Shown here piece by piece: positions 8,811 through 16,959 of a stretch of 37,180 nt of DNA. The notes under the pieces were generated by a model that saw nothing but the letters and a program-made list of their open reading frames with translations, was not told the origin of the DNA and searched no databases. The DNA comes from an uncultured bacterium (GTDB taxonomy: Bacteria > B130-G9), in NCBI GenBank assembly GCA_965372715.1, contig CBDVDH010000004.1, positions 62,001-99,180 on the forward strand, written 5' to 3'. How positions within the stretch are numbered: the stretch's first letter is position 1; the number at the start of each line of letters is the position of its first letter. A program made the position numbers and the translations under genes.

Positions 8811-9773
8811 TTGACTCAGCTAAGTGTCCCCAAGCTAAAGAAATGCCTCGGGTGCATGCTCGGTGTGGCGATTGGCGATGCGCTCGGCGCCCCGGTTGAG
8901 TTCATGTCGCTCGATGAGATCAAGCGGACCTTTGGATCAAACGGCGTCACTGATTTCCATCCTTATCGAGGCTTTGCGGCAGGCTGCTATACCGACGACA
9001 CGCAGATGACGCTAGCGACCGCTCTCGGCTGCATCGAGGCGCACCCGAAGTGGCAGGAAAAGGTCGTCTGCGACGCGGCTGACGCCGTCTATCGGCGATA
9101 CTTGGAGTGGTTCGAGACCCAGAAGGACCCAGCACAGCGCAGAGGTCCCGGGATGACCTGCCTGTCGGCTCTTGGGAGCGGCCAGATGGGTACAACCGAA
9201 AAGCCGTTCAACGACAGCAAGGGATGCGGCGGCGTGATGCGAATGGCGCCCGTGGGGCTTTCGTTCCCGACCGACAAGGCCTTCCAACTCGGCGCAGAGT
9301 TCGCAGCCATCACCCACGGCCACCCGTCCGGTTACCTGACCGCCGGCTTTCTCGCCGAAATGATCGCTCATCTCGCGAGAGACAAGCCGATCGGCGACGC
9401 AATCGAGCTCTGCAAGGAGCGCCTCGTCCAATGGGACCGCCACGAGGAGACGCTTGAAATGGTGAACCTGTCCCAGGGGCTTGCCAAGAGCGATAAGCCC
9501 GTCGAAGAGGCTATCCCGGCGATCGGCCAGGGCTGGGTCGGAGAGGAGGCGCTGGGGATTGCGGTTTATTGTGCGCTCAGGTTTCCTGACGACTTCGCGG
9601 CGGGCGTTTTGGCCGCCGTCAATCATTCCGGTGACAGCGATTCGACCGGCGCCATCTGCGGAGCGATTCTGGGGGCTTACCTGGGTGTCGATGCGATTCC
9701 AGACCGTTGGGTTGACCGTGTTGAGAACTCCGGATACATCCGGAAGCTCGCGACCGACGGTTTCAGCCTTTAG
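8811..9773 (+). CDS. ADP-ribosylglycohydrolase (ARH/DraG family)
   Basis: GCMLGVAIGDALGAPVEF, YTDDTQMT, SKGCGGVMRMAPVG, AAITHGHP and NHSGDSDSTGAICG: all the metal-binding motifs are present. Confidence 0.95.
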   Translation: MTQLSVPKLKKCLGCMLGVAIGDALGAPVEFMSLDEIKRTFGSNGVTDFHPYRGFAAGCYTDDTQMTLATALGCIEAHPKWQEKVVCDAADAVYRRYLEWFETQKDPAQRRGPGMTCLSALGSGQMGTTEKPFNDSKGCGGVMRMAPVGLSFPTDKAFQLGAEFAAITHGHPSGYLTAGFLAEMIAHLARDKPIGDAIELCKERLVQWDRHEETLEMVNLSQGLAKSDKPVEEAIPAIGQGWVGEEALGIAVYCALRFPDDFAAGVLAAVNHSGDSDSTGAICGAILGAYLGVDAIPDRWVDRVENSGYIRKLATDGFSL

Positions 9774-9799
9774 GGCGGGGCAAGCACCGCCCCTACGGG
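9772..9799. repeat. GTAG-type REP-like palindrome, copy 1
   Basis: AGGGCGGGGCAAGCACCGCCCCTACGGG, identical over 28 nt to 20580..20607. The reverse strand reads GTAG followed by a GC-rich hairpin. Confidence 0.85.
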
Positions 9800-9881
9800 A
9801 GGTTTGCGCACATCAGGCCGTAGAGGGAGACACGGCGCTGTCTTGAAAGCTGCGGCAGTAGGGTCTTATCATGTTCCCGAT

Positions 9882-12800
9882 ATGGTACGACTCAGAATAT
9901 GCCTTGGGCCAGTCGGCTCAGCCAAGAATCGGCGTTTCAGGGAAGAGCTGAAACAGCGCCTCAGGCAAGATAGGGCGGATTCCCTGCTGTATCTTGTCCC
10001 GAGTCGTTCGTTCGCGAGGCAGATCGAGAAAGCGATGCTCGACGAGCTGCCCGGGTTCTTCTCGCTCCCGCTCATTACGTTCGGGCCCCTTTTCAAGGAC
10101 CTTTTCTCCGCTTTGCAGGACAAGAGAAAGCTCATCAGCGACGCCGCGCGGGACGCTTTAATGATCGGGCTTGTCGAAAACGCGAGGAAGGATGGTTCGC
10201 TCTCCGTCATAGGCGCCTCGGCTGCCGGTCGAGGGATGAGCAGAACTCTCAAGAGGCTATTCGCCACGTTCGGGAGGCATTCGCTGACATCGCCGGGACA
10301 CATAAGAAGAATCACCGGCAGGCAATCTGCGCAGAGCATCAGCAAGCTCAATGACGCGCTAATCGTTTATGGCAGGTATCGCGCCGCCCTTGAGCGAAAT
10401 GGACTGATAGATGCGGAACATGCCGGCGTCCTCGTTTGCGAGGCGCTGTCGCAGGGTCACGAGGGGCTGGCCAAGAGGCTTCAAGGCGTGGAACTGATGA
10501 TCGTTGAGGGCTTCTTCAGTTTCTCCCCGCTCGAGGAGCGCTTTGTTCTATCTCTCATCAAGGCGTTGCCCGAGACTTGGGTGAGCCTGGACCTCGTGCC
10601 ACAGGGTTCAGATGAGGTCTTCGAGCTCCCCAGGCGGACCCTTGCGGCGCTTGAGACGCTGTCCGGCTCGGCCGATATCAAGATCGAGCGATTCTCTGCG
10701 GCGGACGACTCAAGAGCCGCCAGGAGGCGGATCGGCAACCGCATATACTCCGACTATCCCCCTCAGGTATTGTCTCAGAGCACCAACGAGCCTAGCCCTC
10801 ATGGGGAGCCGCCCACCGACATCCACGTCGTCGAGGCGGCCGATCCGAGGCGGGAGTTAAGTGGGATGGCCAAGGCCATCAAGATGCTGATCGTGGACGG
10901 GAGATGCAAGCCCGGACGCATCGTCGTCTCGTTCCCACAGTTGGGCGAACGCGAGCGCGACGTGCGAAAGATGCTCTCGGAATATGGGATACCCGTCGCG
11001 GGCCCAGAGACGCTTCTTGTGCTGCACTCAGCCGCCGTTCGAGCGTTTCTGTCCGTGCTCGACATGGTCCAAGAGGGCTTCCGCCGCGACGATGTCCTTG
11101 AGTTCCTGAGATGCCCCTTCCTTCGTCCCGAGGCCTTGATCAAGCAAACCGGCGACGGTCACCCGAAACCGATTGACCCGGAATACATAGACGCCCAGAC
11201 GAGGAAGGCGAGGATTCAGGGTGGTGGCGCAGGGGGTATCGAGAGCTTCCGAGTGGGTTTCGCAGCGCTTCGCGGGCGGATGGCGGAGTCGCGAGCCTCG
11301 GGGGATGACGCCGACACTAAAAGCAAGAAGCTGGCAATCTACGACGAGCGGACGGGCGCTCTCTTTCAGGTCCTAGAGGCGTTGCGAGCGAGGCTCGGAG
11401 GGCCATTCGCGCTGTGCTCCTTCTGCGACGCCTGTTTGAAGCTCATTTCGGAGCTTGAGACCGCCCAGCGACTCGCCGTGGCATTTCATAAGAGCGAAAA
11501 ACCCAGCATGGTCCGAGCGGAACTGAAGGCTCTGTCGAGGTTCATAGAAACGGTTGAGGAGGTCTCCAAGGGGCTTGCCGCCGGTGGCATCTCTGAGGCG
11601 CCGCTGACCCTTCTGCGTTCGGCAGTCCTCTCTGGGTTGAAGAACGAACGAGTCAAGACTCCCGCGGCGTCGGAGGGTGTCCGGCTTCTGCCAATGAAAG
11701 AGGCCTGGCTTTCGCCCTGCGACTATCTCTTCTGTGGGGGTCTTACGGAGGCTGCGTTCCCTGGCCCAGTGCGGGGCGATGTTCTCCTCCCGATGGACGC
11801 GAGGACGCGTCTTGGGTTAAGGCCCCTTGACGAGAAGGTAAGGGAGAGCAAGTTCCTAAGCCACTCGCTGCTGCTGCGGCCCCAAAAAGGTGTATGCTTG
11901 TCGTATCCCACGTCGGTCGATGAGAAGCCTACCCTGCGCGCAACGTGCCTTCACGAGATAGAGACGGCTGGGAGCATTGCACCGGTCCGGTGGGAAGAAC
12001 TGGGCGCCGGGCCTGACGCCCCCTGCGCCGCTGATGAGCTCCAATCAGTGCTGGGTTCCTGGGCACGTAGCCGTCAGACAGCTGTTTCGGATGAGCTCCT
12101 GTGGCAATCGCTTGCACTTGTCATTCAAAGCAGCCAGGACACTAGGGGCGGATGCGTGACCCCGCGCGGGCTCGTCAGACGCCTCGAGTCGTCCATGGAC
12201 CGGGCCACTGACGGGTCGCGATTCGACGGCATGCTCTCGGAGTCCCTAGCGGCGCATATTCGTAACCTCATGACCGATGAAGAGCTCTCCAAATCGCATG
12301 GGCAACCTGTGCTCTATCTCTCACGCTCGGCTCTTGAAGAATACATTAACTGCCCGTTCAAGTTTTTTGCCAGACGCGTTTTGGGGCTTGGACCAGAGGA
12401 GGAATTCGATCCCGACGTTCCACCGAAGGACATCGGAACGCTAATCCATCAAATCCTGTATTCGTTCTACGACGGCAGGCGTCAGCAGGACGGCTCGATC
12501 AGTCCGGTAACACCAAGCAATCTGGACGAGGCCCGCACCCACCTGCTCGAGACCGCGACAAAACACGTCAGGATGAGAGTAACGCCTGGTTTCCCAAGAG
12601 GCAGGATTTCCTCTTTGCTGCTTGCGCCCGGCGGGTTGCTGGATGCTTTCCTGGAGAACGAAGCCGCCGAGCAGCAGGGGTGGCGACCTGTAGCCCTGGA
12701 GTGCTCCTTTGGAGGCAGCAAGCACGCGAAACGCGACTCTGAGCGCCTCAGCCAGGACCCGCTACTCCTGGGGTGTGAGGTTGACGGGCGAGAGGAGATC

Positions 12801-13217
12801 GTCGCGATTAACGGGATCATCGACCGACTGGACGTGAGGATTGAGGGCGAACGAACGGCCTATCGCGTGCTGGATTACAAGACAGGGGCCATCCCACAAC
12901 CGAAGGACATAAGGGAGGGCACTTCGCTCCAGCTGCCGATCTACGTGGCTGCGATACGGCAGATACTTGGGTCTGACGCCGCGGCCGGCTACTACATCCT
13001 CTCGGAAACGAGGAAGATAGGGATAAAGGATTACGTCAAGCAACAGACGCTTGACACTGCCGTTGAGAACCTCGGCCGCGTGGTGTCGGACATCTTGAGA
13101 GGAGTGCTTGCGGGCGATTTTGCGCCTCGCCCCCTGAATGACAACGTCCGATTGTGTTCGTACTGCGATTTCCGGGCTGCATGCAGAATGACCCGCGTTG
13201 GGTCAGGCGGGGTGTAA
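9882..13217 (+). CDS. addB: ATP-dependent helicase/nuclease subunit B (AddB/RexB-like)
   Basis: Degenerate Walker A (GPVGSAKN) and YLVP. The C-terminal RecB-type nuclease has GIIDRLD and VLDYKTG, plus QLPIY. Four Fe-S cysteines: CPFKFF...CSYCDFRAAC. Start placed at ATG 9882. Confidence 0.88.
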   Translation: MVRLRICLGPVGSAKNRRFREELKQRLRQDRADSLLYLVPSRSFARQIEKAMLDELPGFFSLPLITFGPLFKDLFSALQDKRKLISDAARDALMIGLVENARKDGSLSVIGASAAGRGMSRTLKRLFATFGRHSLTSPGHIRRITGRQSAQSISKLNDALIVYGRYRAALERNGLIDAEHAGVLVCEALSQGHEGLAKRLQGVELMIVEGFFSFSPLEERFVLSLIKALPETWVSLDLVPQGSDEVFELPRRTLAALETLSGSADIKIERFSAADDSRAARRRIGNRIYSDYPPQVLSQSTNEPSPHGEPPTDIHVVEAADPRRELSGMAKAIKMLIVDGRCKPGRIVVSFPQLGERERDVRKMLSEYGIPVAGPETLLVLHSAAVRAFLSVLDMVQEGFRRDDVLEFLRCPFLRPEALIKQTGDGHPKPIDPEYIDAQTRKARIQGGGAGGIESFRVGFAALRGRMAESRASGDDADTKSKKLAIYDERTGALFQVLEALRARLGGPFALCSFCDACLKLISELETAQRLAVAFHKSEKPSMVRAELKALSRFIETVEEVSKGLAAGGISEAPLTLLRSAVLSGLKNERVKTPAASEGVRLLPMKEAWLSPCDYLFCGGLTEAAFPGPVRGDVLLPMDARTRLGLRPLDEKVRESKFLSHSLLLRPQKGVCLSYPTSVDEKPTLRATCLHEIETAGSIAPVRWEELGAGPDAPCAADELQSVLGSWARSRQTAVSDELLWQSLALVIQSSQDTRGGCVTPRGLVRRLESSMDRATDGSRFDGMLSESLAAHIRNLMTDEELSKSHGQPVLYLSRSALEEYINCPFKFFARRVLGLGPEEEFDPDVPPKDIGTLIHQILYSFYDGRRQQDGSISPVTPSNLDEARTHLLETATKHVRMRVTPGFPRGRISSLLLAPGGLLDAFLENEAAEQQGWRPVALECSFGGSKHAKRDSERLSQDPLLLGCEVDGREEIVAINGIIDRLDVRIEGERTAYRVLDYKTGAIPQPKDIREGTSLQLPIYVAAIRQILGSDAAAGYYILSETRKIGIKDYVKQQTLDTAVENLGRVVSDILRGVLAGDFAPRPLNDNVRLCSYCDFRAACRMTRVGSGGV

Positions 13218-13220
13218 GTC

Positions 13221-16200
13221 ATGACTCGTATGAGGACGAATAGCAGATACACGCGGATGCTTGAGACCCTCACGCCCAGCCAAAAGGAAGCGGTAGTTTC
13301 TCCTGACAACGTGGTGCTTCGGGCCGCCGCTGGGTCCGGCAAAACTACCGTCCTGGTCGCGAGATTCATCGAATCGTTCAGGGCCGAACTCGAACGCGAG
13401 AACGACCGGTCAGTCGCCGAGAACCTATCATCAATCGTGGGCATAACGTTCACAGAGAAGGCCGCCGCCGAGATGAAGAACAGGATACGCTCTCTCTTGA
13501 TTGACTGGCTACAGACCGGACCCGCACGGGCTCAGCTTGCAGGCGCGTGGCGGCAGGCGCGGGATGCAATGGCGCAATGTAACATCGGGACAATCCATTC
13601 GTTCTGCGCCTCGGTCTTGCGGAGATTCCCGCTCGAGGCAGGCCTTGACCCCGAGTTCGTGATTCTGGATGAAACCGAGAGCTACTTGATGCGCCGCGAG
13701 GCTGTCGAGTCGTTGTTTCTGGACCGGGGACAGGCCGAGAAGCGTGCGGAACCCGACTCCCCGTTCGCCGTCTATCCTCGCCATAAAGCCATTCAGCTGC
13801 TCCTGCCCCTGGTGGAGCAGTTCGAGACGCTTCGCTCCCACCTCGCGCTTTATGCAGAGGCGCCCGAGGAGAGGCTCGTTCACGGGATCCAAGAGCTCTT
13901 GAACCGCTACGGGCACAAGTCTGCCCCAGACAAACGCAATGCTGTTTTCTATGACCCGCTTCTGGAGGCGGCTCGGCTCAAGCTCCTTGCCCAGGGTGCG
14001 CTGCTGGCGCACTCAATCTACACGACCCGAAAACAGAAGCAATCGCTGCTCGATTTTGAGGACCTCCAGACCCTACTTCTGAGGCTCTTGTCGCACCCAG
14101 ACGGAGCCATCCTGGACCGTCTCAGAGCCGAGTTCGCAACGATTATGATCGACGAGTTCCAGGACACCGACCGGTTCCAGTGGGAGCTGGCTCGGATGCT
14201 TTCAAGCACTGCCGACGGCGTCATCAGAGCGGGCAAGCTATTCGTCGTGGGCGACGAGATGCAATCGATATACGCCTTCAGAGGGGCAAATCTGAAAGCC
14301 TTCAGCGACACGACCGCAGAAATCGAAGGATACGGCGGGGCGAGAGTCCAGATGCGAGAGAACTTCCGCTCGCTTCCTAACGTAATAGGATTCATCAACC
14401 TTGTGTGCGCCGAGGACAGCGAGACGCAAGACCTGCCCAGCGCCTCAATGCTGGCTCGACGCACGCCTGAGCCACAGGACCATACAGGCACGGTCGAGTT
14501 GCTCTTTACGAAGCCCGAGGGGCCCAGGAAGGACAACGTCAGGGTCGAGGCGGAGCTCCTGGCCCGGCGAATCGCAGCGATGGTTGAGGGGAATAGCGCT
14601 CTGAACAAGGCCATCTTCGATGAAACTACACGGGAACTGAGGCCATGCCGCTACGAGGACATCGCTCTGCTGATACACAAGCGCACGCACCTGGGCACGT
14701 ATCAGGACGCGCTGAGGCGCAGTGGCATCCCGTTTTCGATTTCAGGCGGCCTGGGCTTCTACGAGCGTCAGGAGATCAAGGACATCTCTTGTCTTCTGAA
14801 GGTTCTTCATGACCCACACGACGACATCGCCTTGGTGGGGCTTCTGCGCAGCCCATTCTTTTCGGTCAGCGACGAGGCGCTGTTTTGGCTGTCGCCGGTC
14901 CCAGGTAGGGCGGAACGGGATGGGAGGTTGTGGGAACGGCTTAGGTCGCTCGCCCAGCGCGGCCCCGCGTCAGTCGCCCCATGGGACGCGCCGGCCCTGG
15001 ACGCACTCGATGAGGAAGCGCTACATCTCGCCTATGACCTTATTCGCGAGGCATCGCGTCGAGCCGCGACGGACGGGCCCGGCGCCGTCATCCGCTTTAT
15101 GCTAAGTCGAACTGGGGCCCTTGCGGCCTACGCCGCCGGGCCGGACGGGCCGCAGTGCGTGGCGAACTTGGAGAAGATCGATGACATCCTTAGTACGTGG
15201 GATCGGAGGGGTTATCGCTCGCCTGGGCCCGTCATTCGGCTTCTCGAGAGGCTCTCGACCGAAGGCGTCAGGGAGGCCGAGGCTCGCCCCGACCTCGAGG
15301 CCGGGGAGGGTGTCAAGATCATGACAATCCATGCTGCAAAGGGGCTTGAGTTCTCTATCGTCCTCGTTGTCGATGTTTTCGCCAAGCCGCATTGGGGTGG
15401 GAGCGAGCCGGTTTACATCGACCCGGAATTCGGCCTGGGACTGAGGGTTCCAGATGCCGCCGCTTGGGGTAACCAGGTCAACACGCAATTGCGCGACGCC
15501 ATAAAACCGCGCCTCAAGAAAGCGGCGTCCGACGAACAGAGAAGGCTATGGTACGTAGCGTGCACCCGTGCAAGAGATCATCTCTTGCTTAGCGGAACCG
15601 TCGAGAATAAACCCAATCATTCATTGGGATCGAGAGTACTGAAACTACTTGACGTGACGTCTGATTCGTTCGGCCGGGAGGCCACGCGTGTCCAAATCGA
15701 AAGTCTTAACAGCCCAGTGGCGTTGTTCAGCTCCAAGGAACAGATACCCCGCGAGGCGATTGCGGGAGCCAACCCGCGCGGGACCATCGAGCGGCTCCAT
15801 GCCGCGGCAAGTGCTCTCGGCCCGGGGACAACTGATAGCCCCCGCCCCGTCGAGCCACAACTGCGATTTGTGCTCACGTGCAGTCCGGTGGTCTTCGCGC
15901 CGGAGGTCTCGCCGAGCGATCTGGACAGCTATTCGGCATGCCCCAGGCGCTATCTGCTCGACCGCATCCTTAGCCCGGTGTTGACAACTGACGAGGCCCC
16001 ACTTGTGGGTGATGCTCAGCAAGACGAGACACACGGCGCCGAATTCGGGACCCTCGTCCACGAAGTCTTTCAGCAGTTGGGTGTTACAGATGATACTGAA
16101 GACGTCCGCATCCTGGCCTCACTTGCAGAGACTCCCGAGGACTCTGCCTTCCGGGACGTTCTCCGGGGCTTTCTTTCGACGTTTCGCGGTTCGCGCCTGG

Positions 16201-16670
16201 CAGAGGCGCTCCGCGCAGCGCGCCGAGTGCGGCGCGAGGTCCCGTTTGTTCTTCGGCGTGAGGCCGGCATCCTTCGCGGAAAGATTGACCTGCTCTACGA
16301 GGACGAATCTGGGCACATGTGCATCGTTGACTACAAGACTGACCGGGACTCAACCGGGATAGTCGAGCGGTACAGGGCGCAGATGGCGGCCTATGCCCTC
16401 GCCGTTTCCTCGCTTTATGCCTTGCCGCCTGATGGCGTCTCGGTCAGCATCTACTTGGCCAGGACCGGGGAACTTCTCCCGCTTTCGATAGACGCAGATG
16501 CTGGCGTATGGGTCACGTCGCTACTGGATGAGCTCTGCGCTGCCCTTGAATGTGCCCACGAACGACCATGTTTCGACTGCTTCGAGGAGCGGCGGACGGC
16601 GTGTAAGGACTGCTATCCTGCCACGGAGCTTGCTTGTCTTAGATTCAGGGGCGCTCCGGCATCTGAATAA
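13221..16670 (+). CDS. addA: ATP-dependent helicase/nuclease subunit A (AddA-like)
   Basis: SF1A helicase motifs AAAGSGKT, ITFTEKAAAEM, TIHSFC, IDEFQDT, VGDEMQSIYAFRGA, ENFRS, MTIHAAKGLEF and YVACTRAR. C-terminal nuclease GKIDLL...IVDYKT. Lies 3 nt downstream of addB. Confidence 0.92.
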   Translation: MTRMRTNSRYTRMLETLTPSQKEAVVSPDNVVLRAAAGSGKTTVLVARFIESFRAELERENDRSVAENLSSIVGITFTEKAAAEMKNRIRSLLIDWLQTGPARAQLAGAWRQARDAMAQCNIGTIHSFCASVLRRFPLEAGLDPEFVILDETESYLMRREAVESLFLDRGQAEKRAEPDSPFAVYPRHKAIQLLLPLVEQFETLRSHLALYAEAPEERLVHGIQELLNRYGHKSAPDKRNAVFYDPLLEAARLKLLAQGALLAHSIYTTRKQKQSLLDFEDLQTLLLRLLSHPDGAILDRLRAEFATIMIDEFQDTDRFQWELARMLSSTADGVIRAGKLFVVGDEMQSIYAFRGANLKAFSDTTAEIEGYGGARVQMRENFRSLPNVIGFINLVCAEDSETQDLPSASMLARRTPEPQDHTGTVELLFTKPEGPRKDNVRVEAELLARRIAAMVEGNSALNKAIFDETTRELRPCRYEDIALLIHKRTHLGTYQDALRRSGIPFSISGGLGFYERQEIKDISCLLKVLHDPHDDIALVGLLRSPFFSVSDEALFWLSPVPGRAERDGRLWERLRSLAQRGPASVAPWDAPALDALDEEALHLAYDLIREASRRAATDGPGAVIRFMLSRTGALAAYAAGPDGPQCVANLEKIDDILSTWDRRGYRSPGPVIRLLERLSTEGVREAEARPDLEAGEGVKIMTIHAAKGLEFSIVLVVDVFAKPHWGGSEPVYIDPEFGLGLRVPDAAAWGNQVNTQLRDAIKPRLKKAASDEQRRLWYVACTRARDHLLLSGTVENKPNHSLGSRVLKLLDVTSDSFGREATRVQIESLNSPVALFSSKEQIPREAIAGANPRGTIERLHAAASALGPGTTDSPRPVEPQLRFVLTCSPVVFAPEVSPSDLDSYSACPRRYLLDRILSPVLTTDEAPLVGDAQQDETHGAEFGTLVHEVFQQLGVTDDTEDVRILASLAETPEDSAFRDVLRGFLSTFRGSRLAEALRAARRVRREVPFVLRREAGILRGKIDLLYEDESGHMCIVDYKTDRDSTGIVERYRAQMAAYALAVSSLYALPPDGVSVSIYLARTGELLPLSIDADAGVWVTSLLDELCAALECAHERPCFDCFEERRTACKDCYPATELACLRFRGAPASE

Positions 16671-16894
16671 GCACTTTTAGGGCGCCAGACCTCGCTTCCT
16701 CAAATGCCCTCGACCACCCCGACGAACTCATGGCCTGGCACGCCGCGAAAACCCATGTAGCCCTTCAGTATCTCAAGGTCCGTGCTGCAAATGCCCGCGT
16801 GAGTCACCCGGACCAGCGCCTCACCCGGCGGTAGGCTGGGCCGGGGTCGATCGACCAGGGATAGCTGGCTCCCGTCGAAGTATAGCGCTTTCAT
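16645..16894 (-). pseudogene. Zn-dependent (MDR) alcohol dehydrogenase, internally deleted
   Basis: The N-terminus MKALYFDG...[13 protein letters not shown]...PGHEFVGVV stops at 16700. A shifted frame continues [21 protein letters not shown] (stop ends 16645), the typical MDR C-terminus. Confidence 0.88.
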
Positions 16895-16959
16895 TACTAA
16901 CCCTCGTCGTATGAAATCAATGACTCAATGCGGCGAAGCAGCCTCGCGCCGGGTAACCA

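Noticed and set aside
9882-16670. Novel helicase-nuclease defence system
   Set aside because: Order, size and motifs fit ordinary AddAB recombination machinery.
16700-16702. TGA read-through (selenocysteine) rescuing the ADH fragment
   Set aside because: The in-frame continuation has no ADH similarity and runs antisense into addA. The true C-terminus is in another frame.
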